A DNA stretch of 32,970 bases from Candidatus Nanosalinarum sp. J07AB56 (GCA_000220355.1 GL982569.1:497430-530399), one strand, 5' to 3'. Numbered from the stretch's first letter, positions 1 to 8,356 are shown. A program made the numbers and translations. Notes: generated from the letters alone by a model not told the origin.

Positions 1-138
1 TCTCAAGATATGGATACGTGTTCTCATGTTCGATAGAATGGACGAACTGCTCTTCAGAGCGCTCCCACTCGCCCTCTCCAAGTTCATCGTAATACTCCGA
101 CGGCTCTATACCCATACGTACCGGTCTCTGTCTCTCCA
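1..138 (-). CDS. N-terminal fragment of an acidic hypothetical protein that continues beyond the window start (MERQRPVRMGIEPSEYYDELGEGEWERSEEQFVHSIEHENTYPYLE...)
   Basis: Open frame on the minus strand running off position 1. In-frame ATGs lie at 138 and 115. Acidic composition matches the rest of the proteome. No recognisable domain. Confidence 0.3.
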
Positions 139-237
139 TTAAATCAGTATGGACGTGTGGAGTTTGCCGCCATACATACCTAGAACTAGTTACCTTTTCA
201 GTAGGAGGTCTCTGCGCTCAATATGCACAGCTTCTTA

Positions 238-328
238 CGTCAGGGGCGGGATTTGAACCCGCGTCGGCGCGTTGCACGCCGAATGGCTTAGCAAGCCACC
301 GCAATGGGCCAGGCTATGCGACCCCGAC
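238..328 (-). tRNA. tRNA-Ser(GCU), class II, about 91 nt including the discriminator G; no encoded CCA
   Basis: The reverse complement folds as a cloverleaf. Acceptor GTCGGGG/CCCTGAC is 7 bp with one G-U pair. U8 is present. The D-stem GCA/TGC is 3 bp with a D-loop TAGCCTGGCCCAT, typical of archaeal tRNA-Ser. Anticodon stem GTGGC/GCCAT carries loop TTGCTAA, giving anticodon GCT. The long variable arm CGGCGTG-CAA-CGCGCCG is a 7-bp stem. The T-arm is GCGGG-TTCAAAT-CCCGC. Confidence 0.8.
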
Positions 329-350
329 AGTGTATCTCTCGTGAGTCAAA

Positions 351-358
351 CTGTAAAA
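351..358 (-). promoter_or_regulatory. Candidate archaeal TATA box (TTTTACAG on the coding strand) about 23-30 nt upstream of the tRNA-Ser 5' end
   Basis: An A/T-rich octamer sits at the canonical -26/-27 position relative to the mature tRNA 5' end at 328. Confidence 0.4.
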
Positions 359-398
359 GCCAGTGCCCTTTCGCTGGACAGCTCACACCGAGCCGTGT

Positions 399-1952
399 TT
401 ATCGGCGCGGTTCCCTGCCCTCTATCGTGTAGCGGGTGCCGAGCATGGGCTCAGTCAGGCGAGATACCGGGGCCCGGTCATCGGTGAGGACGGGGACGTC
501 AGAGGTATCCGGCTCCGGAAGGCGGGTGCGCACCTCCGAGGAAAGGTTCAGGCCAATATCCCGGTCGGTGTTCCGGTCAAGTAGCTGGCGCTCTGTAACC
601 TCGGAGTCCTGCTTCGTGGCGACGAGCTCGATGTTCTGGGCGTAGTCAGCCTCCGATGTGCGGTAGGAGTGAACCTGCGTGAACACCTGCGACATCGTTC
701 TGTACTCGGACCTGTAGAACCGCGATGTCGGTCCGTCGGTGCCCGATATCAGGTTGGCGACGACGGCGCCGTCCTCGGAGGTTCTGCTGTGGACAAGCCG
801 GAGGAACTCCTGCGTTGTGAGGTGGAACGGAACCGAGGCCTTGCGGTAGGCGTCCAGGACAACGAGGTCGTAGGTCTGGTTCGTGTTGCGGAGGAATCGG
901 CGGCCGTCCGCGACGTGTATCGACCGGTTCGGGAGCTCCGAGGCGTTGAAATACCTCTTCCCTGCGGACACCACCTCCGGGTCTATCTCCACCACATCGA
1001 TCGACAGGTTGTAGAGGTCATCGAACCTCCTTGGACCGGAGAACCCGCCCGCGCCCACGAACAGCACGTCATCGATCTGACCCGGGTCGTCCGCGTAGAG
1101 GAACGGAAGGTGGAAGTAGCGTGGATACCTGTACGGGTACACGGTCGAGCCGTTGGTGTATGCGGCGGACTGAGCCTGGTCGTCGAGGTACAGCGTCCGG
1201 ACGCCGTCCGAGTCCCTTATCTCCATCTCCTGATACGGTGTCTGCGTGGCGTGGACGGCTCCCGCAGACGAGGACTGCACAAACACCAGGACAACAACCG
1301 CAGCCAACGACACCGCCGATGTCGCTGTCGTCCTCCCCAGGTGTTCTGTGCCTAGGGATGAGACTACGGCGCTCAGAAGCGAGACAGCGGCGAGGAGGCC
1401 AAGCACCTGATTCACCGCTAGGAGAGGTACAAGCACGAAGGTCGCGGCGAAGGTGCCAACTATGCTTCCCGCGGTGCCGAGCGCGTACACCCGCCCGGAC
1501 GCCTCTCCTTTCACGTCGGTGTCGGAGAGCTGCGCGGCGTACGGAGATATGTACCCAAGAAGGAGTGCGGGCGGGCCGAAAAGCAGGGTTGCGGGCACCA
1601 GCGGGGCGAACCTCGGGCCGAGACCGAGCGCCCTCGACTCGAGCAGAATCCTGTCGGACAGAAGCATCAAGAGAGCGATGTAGAGCGCCGCACCCAGAAA
1701 TATGACGGAGACCGACCTTCTCGTGGCGTTTCGGGCGTTCTCACCTCCCTTGTGGTATCCGACGGCGAGCGCAGCCATGAAGACTCCGATGACACTCCCC
1801 CAAGTATACACCGAGGAGCCGAACTCGGGCGCTATCATCCTACCAGCCAGTATCTCGAGAGCCATCGACACCACCCCAGAGAGGAACACCGCGGCCTCCA
1901 CCTGATCGACCGGTATGCGTTCCATACAAGTTCCAAGGCATTCTGGATTCAA
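399..1952 (-). CDS. Polyamine aminopropyltransferase (spermidine synthase-like) domain fused to an N-terminal multi-pass membrane domain
   Basis: The C-terminal half shows PABS-type motifs (VLFVGAGGFSGPRRF...DVVEIDPEVV...DLVVLDAY). The N-terminal ~250 aa are hydrophobic transmembrane segments. The real start may be the internal Met at MERIPV (about 1925). Confidence 0.75.
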   Translation of the reverse strand: MNPECLGTCMERIPVDQVEAAVFLSGVVSMALEILAGRMIAPEFGSSVYTWGSVIGVFMAALAVGYHKGGENARNATRRSVSVIFLGAALYIALLMLLSDRILLESRALGLGPRFAPLVPATLLFGPPALLLGYISPYAAQLSDTDVKGEASGRVYALGTAGSIVGTFAATFVLVPLLAVNQVLGLLAAVSLLSAVVSSLGTEHLGRTTATSAVSLAAVVVLVFVQSSSAGAVHATQTPYQEMEIRDSDGVRTLYLDDQAQSAAYTNGSTVYPYRYPRYFHLPFLYADDPGQIDDVLFVGAGGFSGPRRFDDLYNLSIDVVEIDPEVVSAGKRYFNASELPNRSIHVADGRRFLRNTNQTYDLVVLDAYRKASVPFHLTTQEFLRLVHSRTSEDGAVVANLISGTDGPTSRFYRSEYRTMSQVFTQVHSYRTSEADYAQNIELVATKQDSEVTERQLLDRNTDRDIGLNLSSEVRTRLPEPDTSDVPVLTDDRAPVSRLTEPMLGTRYTIEGREPRR

Positions 1953-2024
1953 AAGCAGGGGATTGAACCGAAATCCAAGTATTTAAGTTAGCGACTGACG
2001 GAAACTGTAGTAGAGGTAACAACA

Positions 2025-2294
2025 GTGGCTGACAACATCCTCGACTACTCGGAGATGACGGGCAAAGACGTGTTCACGAGAAAGGGCAGCTACTGCGGCA
2101 AGCTCAGCAACATAGAGCTCGACCTCGGCAAGTTCACGGTGCGAGCCGTCGTCGTCAAGGCCCGCGAAGGAAGCTACCTTGCTGAGAAAGTAGGCGGTGA
2201 AAAGTCGGTCGTCATACCTTACCACATGGTCGAGTCCACAGACGACATCGTTGTCATAAAGGACTTCAAGACACAGAACGTAGAGGAGGAGTGA
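2025..2294 (+). CDS. PRC-barrel domain protein (about 89 aa)
   Basis: The sequence GKDVFTRKGSYCGKLSNIELDLGKFTVRAVVVKA...VIPYHMVESTDDIVVI matches the archaeal PRC-barrel pattern. An SD-like AGAGGT sits 7 nt upstream of the GTG at 2025. An alternative start is the ATG at 2055. Confidence 0.7.
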   Translation: MADNILDYSEMTGKDVFTRKGSYCGKLSNIELDLGKFTVRAVVVKAREGSYLAEKVGGEKSVVIPYHMVESTDDIVVIKDFKTQNVEEE

Positions 2295-2298
2295 GCTC

Positions 2299-2592
2299 TT
2301 GGTAGTTCAGCTGCTTGTTTCGACTGTCTATACTCTTGTTGAGCACTCCTGGGAGGTCTCCACGCTTCTGTCGGCGCCGATGGCCGCGGCGATAGGGTTC
2401 GCGTCCTACAGGTCGGGCGGGGCGAGCCTCGACAGCATGATTGAGGCAGTGGAGAGCTACCGTGTCTACGTCCTGTCGGTGCTTGCGCTGTTTGGGGGCG
2501 TGGCAACGGCTCTGGGACTGAGCGTTCCAACCCCTCTCGCGGGAGAGCTGGTGTCGTTGATGGTTCTCGGCGCTGTCTTCTGGGTGTACTAG
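2299..2592 (+). CDS. Small hydrophobic (membrane) protein, hypothetical; TTG start is uncertain
   Basis: It lies 5 nt downstream of the PRC-barrel gene, suggesting an operon. It has two to three hydrophobic segments. An alternative ATG start is near 2380. Confidence 0.3.
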   Translation: MVVQLLVSTVYTLVEHSWEVSTLLSAPMAAAIGFASYRSGGASLDSMIEAVESYRVYVLSVLALFGGVATALGLSVPTPLAGELVSLMVLGAVFWVY

Positions 2593-2915
2593 CTGAGCTT
2601 CTGGAGAACGGTGTTGTACCACTCCTGCAGCACGCGCTTGGTCAATGCCTCGAGGTTGTCCATACCGGGCGCGGTGTACAAGTAGTAGACCGTGTGGTCG
2701 GTGCGCTGTTCGCGCTCCAGAAGCTCCTTGTCAGTCATGTCCTTCAGAGCCCTCTGAACCGTGGAGCGGTCGCGGTCAACCTCGTCGGCGATCGACTTCA
2801 CCCGCATCTCGGCGCCCTGTAGCCGGTTGAATATCTCGCGCTGGGCGTCACTCAGGCCGAAAACCTCGCACATGATGTCTTCCTTGTCCTTCCCCTCTAC
2901 TTCCAGAAAGTCCAC
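2589..2915 (-). CDS. Winged-helix/HTH transcriptional regulator (TrmB/MarR-like)
   Basis: The sequence LSDAQREIFNRLQGAEMRVKSIADEVDRDRSTVQRALKDMTDKELLERE is a typical HTH recognition region. It is transcribed divergently from the 3037 gene. Confidence 0.55.
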   Translation of the reverse strand: MDFLEVEGKDKEDIMCEVFGLSDAQREIFNRLQGAEMRVKSIADEVDRDRSTVQRALKDMTDKELLEREQRTDHTVYYLYTAPGMDNLEALTKRVLQEWYNTVLQKLS

Positions 2916-3036
2916 GCAAAAACCGTTGAAACCGTCGACTTAAATCAAATTCGGCGCTGAGGCACTCTCCAGTTTCAGACCTAATTCCTCACAGTAGTTG
3001 ACGAAATATGTTAACTGTACTTGCTAAGTTCCGCAC

Positions 3037-3990
3037 ATGGAGATTGGGAATTCTACGATATTCCATCTAGAGAGAAGTTTGGTAGGAACGTGCAGGAGTA
3101 TTCACGACAAGTTAGAAAGCGAGGACAAGAACAATGTGACCAGGTTGTTCGATCCTGAAGATGGAACGGTTATTGCGAAACCGCCTCGAGATGAGGAGGG
3201 TTTCTGGGTGGGCTGCCCGTCGATTATCTATGAACAAGGCTGCTTCTATCTCTACTACAGGGTCAGAGGAAAAAGAAGGGGATCTAAAGGGATATTAGCT
3301 GAGAGTTCAGACGGGATCAACTTTGAGCAAATCAAAGAATTCGACAAGACAGATTTAGGCGCAACCTCAATAGAGGGGGCTTCAATAAGAAAATGCGGCG
3401 AACTTTTTGAACTCTACATCAGCTATCAAGACAAAGAAAGTAGAAGGTGGAGAATAGGGGTAACATCATCGCCAAACTTCCAAAATCTGAATCCGTCGGG
3501 CTTAGAACAAGTATTCACAGGAAGCAGCAGCCATTATCACATCAAAGACCCGGTAATCGATGAGAATGGCTTCTTCGCGCATTCTATGTCTAAACACTAT
3601 CTTTCCTCATGTGCTGTGGAGATTGAGAAGACGACAGAAGAGAGGATTAAGATCAGGGAGATCAGCCCTGACACACTGAATGTTGATAGTTTTCGCATTA
3701 CGAGTGTCATGAAGCTCGATGACAATCTCGTTGTTTTCTACGATTACCAGCCCTCTATACTTCATGTCTGGGAGGAGAGATCTGGGCTCGCTACGACCGA
3801 AAGCTTTGAGCGTTTCAAATGTAAGGAGAACTTCAGATGTGGGAAAGGAACAGGGTCGCTTAGGTACGTAAACGCGGCAAGACACAAGGATGAGGTGTTC
3901 CTCTACTACGAAACTTCCACAGAGGAAGGAGGTCATGAATTAAGAATGAATAATTTAGCAGTTGAGGATCTCCAAAAGTACGTATCTTGA
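3037..3990 (+). CDS. Hypothetical protein; possible glycoside-hydrolase-like 5-bladed beta-propeller (GH130/DUF377/GH43-like)
   Basis: This 317-aa ORF sits in a visibly AT-richer segment. Segments such as FWVGCPSIIYEQGCFYLYYRVRG, ILAESSDGINFEQ and GELFELYISYQD resemble propeller-glycosidase blocks. I cannot confirm the family without a profile search. Confidence 0.5.
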   Translation: MEIGNSTIFHLERSLVGTCRSIHDKLESEDKNNVTRLFDPEDGTVIAKPPRDEEGFWVGCPSIIYEQGCFYLYYRVRGKRRGSKGILAESSDGINFEQIKEFDKTDLGATSIEGASIRKCGELFELYISYQDKESRRWRIGVTSSPNFQNLNPSGLEQVFTGSSSHYHIKDPVIDENGFFAHSMSKHYLSSCAVEIEKTTEERIKIREISPDTLNVDSFRITSVMKLDDNLVVFYDYQPSILHVWEERSGLATTESFERFKCKENFRCGKGTGSLRYVNAARHKDEVFLYYETSTEEGGHELRMNNLAVEDLQKYVS

Positions 3991-4337
3991 TGTTATACGT
4001 TCCTCTCGCAGCACAGATCGTAAGTGATATTGTCCGTGGTCAATCCAGGAGTGAGAGCAGACACGCCGTGGTATTGCCGGGTAGATATCAGGTGGAGATC
4101 AGGAAACGAAGAAGTAGCTGAACGCTTCATCAGGAGAACGAAAAGCCAATAGAAACCCGCGGCTCCGAAAGAGAAATTCATCGGACGAAGGCACGAAGTG
4201 GTGCCTAAGATATAGCTGGCTTGAATCCGGCGCCAAGAGCTTTCATGCAGCCACAATTCTGGTTTTCGGTCAATTCGTGCGCTTTACAGCCGGACAGAGG
4301 TGTCTGTATAGAGACATCGTCGACCTATCGGCGCCAT

Positions 4338-4514
4338 TCAATTGGAGCTCGTGTAGTTGAAGAATCCGGTGCCCTTGTCGCTGTCGGGCGACTTCGAGTC
4401 CTTCTTCTTTGCGTCGCGCTTCAGGTAGCTGCGCCCGCACCTGTGGCACTTGACGCGTTTCTGCGCCTTGCTGCGCTGCCTGTATCCGCAGTCCGGACAT
4501 ACATAGTACACCAT
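4338..4514 (-). CDS. Small zinc-ribbon protein (58 aa, two CPxCG/CxxCG knuckles), absent from the ORF track because it is under 60 aa
   Basis: My own translation gives MVYYVCPDCGYRQRSKAQKRVKCHRCGRSYLKRDAKKKDSKSPDSDKGTGFFNYTSSN*, with an ATG and a TGA stop. A TATA-like AAAGCTTATGTT lies about 27 nt upstream of the ATG, so the transcript is probably leaderless. This gene makes the overlapping track ORF 4221-4865 (plus strand) implausible over its first half. Confidence 0.6.
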   Translation of the reverse strand: MVYYVCPDCGYRQRSKAQKRVKCHRCGRSYLKRDAKKKDSKSPDSDKGTGFFNYTSSN

Positions 4515-4613
4515 ACATCTGTGTTACCGCTACCGAGCAACATAAGCTTTGGTGTTGGAGATGTATGGAACGTGAGACAGGTACTGGAAGGCGCTGCCAC
4601 GGGCCTGGTTTTC

Positions 4614-4865
4614 ATGGGAGTGGCGTACGGGGTGGTGCGGTCGATGGGATACGGACAGAGCTCCTTCACGGTCGTCAGCTACCTGTTCATAGTGGAGGGC
4701 GTGGCGATGGTCGGTCTGAGGTCGCTCGGTGACAGCGTCGGCGGGCTGCGGGGTCTCCTCGAGAACGTGGTCGTTGTCATGGACGAGGAAGAGAGGAAGG
4801 TGAAGAGACTTGCGACAGGAGAGATCTACAGGCTTGAAGGCAGGCTCGAAAAATTAGAGGAATAG
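4614..4865 (+). CDS. Small hypothetical membrane protein (the 3' part of track ORF 4221-4865)
   Basis: Only the part downstream of the zinc-ribbon gene looks protein-like (MGVAYGVVRSMGYGQSSFTVVSYLFIVEGVAMVGL...EERKVKRLATGEIYRLEGRLEKLEE). The start is uncertain. Confidence 0.25.
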   Translation: MGVAYGVVRSMGYGQSSFTVVSYLFIVEGVAMVGLRSLGDSVGGLRGLLENVVVVMDEEERKVKRLATGEIYRLEGRLEKLEE

Positions 4866-4866
4866 A

Positions 4867-5709
4867 TCAGTAGGAGACGGAGGTAAGCTCTCCTCCAGAC
4901 TCCGTGTAGAGCGAGGCCGTGTCGCCGCCGTCGTTCCAGGCGATACCGGTGTCGAACACGGCTCTGTCGCTGTAGTCGACCTCGTCCTCGGGCTCGGTGT
5001 AGATGCGCGCCGACTCACCCGGGTCCAAGGACAGTTCCTCGAACGTGTAAGACGTCTCCGCCGCGTCCTCAATCCTCCAGCCTGAGAGATCGGCCGCTTG
5101 GTCGCCTGTGTTCTCCAGCACGACATGTTCTGAACCGTTCACAGGGTTCTCCCTCACCGACAGGTTGAATGAGTACCGGGTGCGGGCCCTGCGCACTTCG
5201 ATGTCTGACTGCAGCTCCGACATCCGCTGCCTAATCTCGTCGTGAGTGGATTCTAGGCTCTGTCTGTCGCCCTTGTACGTCGTAGACGTTGTGCCGTCCT
5301 CCCGCACCATCCTCATCGAGCCGCTCGCGGCGTCCAGGGTCTCTACCACCCTTGACGGCTCCCTGCGAACCAGCAGCTCCGCGGACGGGGTCGTCAGGTT
5401 CCAAACTTTCGCGCCCGGAGAGACCTCTTTCCGAAGCCTTTCGCCGGGTCGCTCTATCACGCTGCTCTCGGCGCCTGGTCCAGACCGCGATACGAACTCG
5501 AGTCCGACCTCCGCTGTCCTCCGCACAACAGAGGTCGGGGAACGGTTCACGGACTCCACACCAGTTGGTCGCTGAGTAGTGTCTTTGTCGGTGTCGGGGG
5601 GTTCAGCAGAGGGTATGTTCGAGTTTTGCTGGATTGTCGTCGAAGCGGCGGGTATCGCGAGGAGTCCCAAGGCCACGACACCTGCGAGGACTGATGTGGT
5701 GTTATCCAT
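4867..5709 (-). CDS. Secreted or cell-surface protein with a C-terminal lamin-tail domain (LTD)
   Basis: The N-terminus is a signal or TM segment (MDNTTSVLAGVVALGLLAIPAASTT). The C-terminus reads EHVVLENTGDQAADLSGWRIED...YTF...LDPGESARIYTEP...AWNDGGDTASLYTESGGELTSVSY, which matches the LTD consensus. Confidence 0.7.
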   Translation of the reverse strand: MDNTTSVLAGVVALGLLAIPAASTTIQQNSNIPSAEPPDTDKDTTQRPTGVESVNRSPTSVVRRTAEVGLEFVSRSGPGAESSVIERPGERLRKEVSPGAKVWNLTTPSAELLVRREPSRVVETLDAASGSMRMVREDGTTSTTYKGDRQSLESTHDEIRQRMSELQSDIEVRRARTRYSFNLSVRENPVNGSEHVVLENTGDQAADLSGWRIEDAAETSYTFEELSLDPGESARIYTEPEDEVDYSDRAVFDTGIAWNDGGDTASLYTESGGELTSVSY

Positions 5710-5746
5710 GTCGTTTTAGCTACAACTAAAATATATAAACTTCTGC

Positions 5747-6754
5747 TTAACTTTGCGTCTGTCTGTCCGGGTTGGACAGGACCTCGAGGGTGGGCTTCAG
5801 GACAGCCATCAGTATCGGTCCTATGAACAGTCCAGCGGCTCCGAACAGGTACAGTCCTCCGAGAACGCCGAGGAGGACGGCGGCCGGGTGTATGTTCGAG
5901 CCTCTGTTTATGACGAGAGGAGTCAGGACGTTTCCCGTCAGTATCATTACAGAGTAGCCGAAGAGAACAAGTCCGAGCGCCGGGAGCACGTTGTCCAGCA
6001 GAAGCAGGTAGCCGGCAGCCGGGAGCCAGACTATCAGCGTCCCAACCATAGGTATGAAACCCAGGATAGCCATCACAAAGCTCCAGAACGCGGGGTTCGG
6101 TATACCAAGCACGTAGAACGCAGCGCCCATCAGCGTGCCCTGCACCACAGCAACCATCACCTGGTTCTTGATCAGGGCGTTCGTGGACAGCCTCACCTCT
6201 TCCGAAAGTGAATCAACCACGCCGTCGGAGACCGGCGCCACCGAACGAAACCAGTCAAACAGCCTGTCACCGTCCTTCAAGAAGTAATACGCAAGGAACA
6301 TGGTGAGCGTCAGACCTATCCCGAGATCGGTCAAGAGCGTGATGTAAGCGGATATGTTGCCGAAGGTCAGAGATGTGAAGTCGCGGACGGCCGCATCAAC
6401 GCTGGTCTCTATATCAGGTCGCACACCGGTCAGCTGCTGCACGCTGTCCTCGACGGCTGACGTATTGAAGACCTCGGAGTCATCCAGATCGGAGGCCAGG
6501 CCCTGCGCGTCCTGCACCGCGGCAAAGCTCAGCAACGACAGAGGTACGACTATCACAAGCACCGCGGCAAAGACGAGTGACAGCGCGGACGCGGACGGCC
6601 CCACACGGCCCTTCAGCCTCTCCTGTACGGGGTAGAGTATCAGGGCCAGAACCACCGCACCCAGAAAGTAGGCCAGGAAAGGCCTAACCATTAGGAAGGC
6701 GACAAAGATTGCCAAACCGGCTAACCCACTCAGCAGGAGCTGCTCTCTATCCAC
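5747..6754 (-). CDS. AI-2E family transporter (UPF0118/PerM-like permease)
   Basis: The protein is 335 aa with about eight TM segments. The family-typical C-terminal block reads GFIPMVGTLIVWLPAAGYLLL...GPILMAVL. Confidence 0.8.
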   Translation of the reverse strand: MDREQLLLSGLAGLAIFVAFLMVRPFLAYFLGAVVLALILYPVQERLKGRVGPSASALSLVFAAVLVIVVPLSLLSFAAVQDAQGLASDLDDSEVFNTSAVEDSVQQLTGVRPDIETSVDAAVRDFTSLTFGNISAYITLLTDLGIGLTLTMFLAYYFLKDGDRLFDWFRSVAPVSDGVVDSLSEEVRLSTNALIKNQVMVAVVQGTLMGAAFYVLGIPNPAFWSFVMAILGFIPMVGTLIVWLPAAGYLLLLDNVLPALGLVLFGYSVMILTGNVLTPLVINRGSNIHPAAVLLGVLGGLYLFGAAGLFIGPILMAVLKPTLEVLSNPDRQTQS

Positions 6755-6776
6755 ACCAAACTACTGTTGGAGCGGT

Positions 6777-8042
6777 CTAAATAAGCTGCAGGCCAGAGAA
6801 CAGCAGGATAGACGGCACGATCAGAACCGACATACACACCGCCCTCGAACCAGAAACAAGGGCAGCCACACCTATCAGCGAGCTGACGACAAGCACCAGC
6901 AGACCCATCGGGCCGGTGAGAACGAAAGTGACGGAGACCAACGACAGACCTGCCAAGCCGAACAGCAACCGGGAATCAACTCTTGAAAACAGCTCCTCGA
7001 TGACCGGTCCAGAATACCACGCAACACAAGCGGAGCAACCCACGCATATCAGAGACACCCCCACAACCGCGAGAATCGAGCCCTTCGAAACCTGTGAGAG
7101 CGACTGCAGCGCAACGGACGCACCGCTCCGCGGCCTACCAATAAGGAACAGAGCGAGAAACGACGCCAGTATATCAGAGGTGTTCACACCCCCCATCGCA
7201 GCCAGGAACTTCTCCCGGGAAGACTCAACAAACGGCAGCAGAAGAGAGGTAGAAACAGCCGGGCCCGCACCCGGGAGCACACCAGCCACAAGACCCGAGG
7301 CAGCACCCAGGAAGCCAGAAGAGACGGCCTCGATATCTGGCTCGGAGGCCTCACCTGAGGACACCCGCGACCTGACCTTCAGACCAGAGAGAATCGACGG
7401 AGCCGCAAACAGGCCCGCGAACACCGGCACCAGCACAAACTGCTCGTTAACGCCGGAACCGAAGGCAACCACACCCAAGCCACCCGAAAGAGCGGCAACC
7501 ACGGCAGCGCTCGATGGTTTGTCCGACCTGAAAACCAGGAACACCAGTAGAAACACCAGTATGAAATGCATCACAGAAGAGAGAGTGGAATACACTGGCT
7601 TCAGAACCAGGGCGAGAACCGGTATCAGTCCGAGCATTGTCGCGGCGGACGCAGCACCGCCGATGACCGTACACCGGAACGCCTCCACGCCTCGGCCCTC
7701 TGACGCCATCTCCTGGCCCGGCATCGACGACAGCGCCACCTCCGCCTCCGGAACACCCAGAAAGATGGAGGGAAGAAAGTCGTGGAACGTGTGCGAAACC
7801 GACAGCCCTGTCACCAGCGCCGCGAACACGAGGAACTCCAAACCTGACGCAGGATACAGCGGCAGCGAACCGAATATCACGGTGTTCGGATGGATTCCCG
7901 GAACGATACCGGTGAAGACACCTACCACAACCCCCGCCAGGCCAGCAGCGATCAGCTCCAGCACAGAAGACCAGTCACGAACACAAAACTCAAAACCCGA
8001 AGCCAAGCCCAATAAAAAGGCTCGAGTGAGCAGTACGTACAT
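6777..8042 (-). CDS. TctA-family (DUF112) tripartite tricarboxylate transporter large permease
   Basis: It is a polytopic membrane protein with repeated GxxxG(V/L)LPG(A/I)G motifs (GVFTGIVPGIH, GLVAGVLPGAGPAVSTSLLLPF). I chose the start MYVLLTRAF at 8042; the track ORF extends further 5' into non-homologous sequence. Confidence 0.75.
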   Translation of the reverse strand: MYVLLTRAFLLGLASGFEFCVRDWSSVLELIAAGLAGVVVGVFTGIVPGIHPNTVIFGSLPLYPASGLEFLVFAALVTGLSVSHTFHDFLPSIFLGVPEAEVALSSMPGQEMASEGRGVEAFRCTVIGGAASAATMLGLIPVLALVLKPVYSTLSSVMHFILVFLLVFLVFRSDKPSSAAVVAALSGGLGVVAFGSGVNEQFVLVPVFAGLFAAPSILSGLKVRSRVSSGEASEPDIEAVSSGFLGAASGLVAGVLPGAGPAVSTSLLLPFVESSREKFLAAMGGVNTSDILASFLALFLIGRPRSGASVALQSLSQVSKGSILAVVGVSLICVGCSACVAWYSGPVIEELFSRVDSRLLFGLAGLSLVSVTFVLTGPMGLLVLVVSSLIGVAALVSGSRAVCMSVLIVPSILLFSGLQLI

Positions 8043-8356
8043 GCTTGGAGGAGGAGACATGCAGCAGATGATGAAACAGATGGGAATAGACGTAGAAGAA
8101 ATCAACGCCGACACCGTTGAAGTACACGTCGGAGACAAGACGTTGGTGTTCAGCGACCCCGAGATATCCAAGATGGAGGTCCAAGGAAACGAAGTATTTC
8201 AGCTGCAGGGAGATTATACCAGAGGAGTCAGATAGCGGTCCGGACGAAGAGGACGTCGAGCTCGTGATGCAGAAGACCGGTTGTACAGAGGAATCTGCAG
8301 AACAGGCGCTCGAAGAATCGGAGGATGTGGCCTCGGCCGTGATGGAACTGCAGTGA
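8041..8356 (+). CDS. nac: Nascent polypeptide-associated complex alpha subunit (NAC domain plus UBA domain), interrupted by a +1 frame disruption near 8209-8235
   Basis: The NAC domain MLGGGDMQQMMKQMGIDVEEI...EISKMEVQGNEVFQLQG lies in frame 1 and ends at a TAG at 8233-8235. The UBA-like domain EEDVELVMQKTGCTEESAEQALEESEDVASAVMELQ lies in frame 2 and ends at 8356. A single protein would be expected. Confidence 0.75.

Noticed and set aside
272-584. Track ORFs 272-487 and 363-584 overlapping the tRNA locus
   Set aside because: They overlap a well-folded tRNA-Ser on the opposite strand and have no protein-like composition.
1951-1975. tRNA-like fragment GCAGGGGATTGAACCGAAATCC upstream of the spermidine-synthase-like gene, considered as a possible integrase att remnant
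   Set aside because: No cloverleaf can be built (no T-stem pairing, no acceptor partner). It is not a direct repeat of the tRNA-Ser 3' end (GGGATTTGAACCCGC versus GGGATTGAACCGA). It is most likely coincidental.
3993-4256. Minus-strand 87-aa ORF in the intergenic region after the propeller gene
   Set aside because: It has no protein-like composition or expression signals, and it overlaps the likely promoter region of the zinc-ribbon gene.
6916-8000. Long plus-strand ORF (439 aa) antisense to the TctA permease, together with similar long ORFs at 1031-1705, 669-1355, 10167-10652, 11989-13257, 25119-26042, 28280-29023 and 29453-30259
   Set aside because: These are Arg/Pro/Ala/Ser/Thr-rich, low-complexity translations. 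Each lies on the strand opposite to, or in an alternative frame of, a gene with clear homology. They are classic high-GC shadow ORFs. Only the 3' tail of 6916-8235 (from 8041) is real, as the NAC domain.
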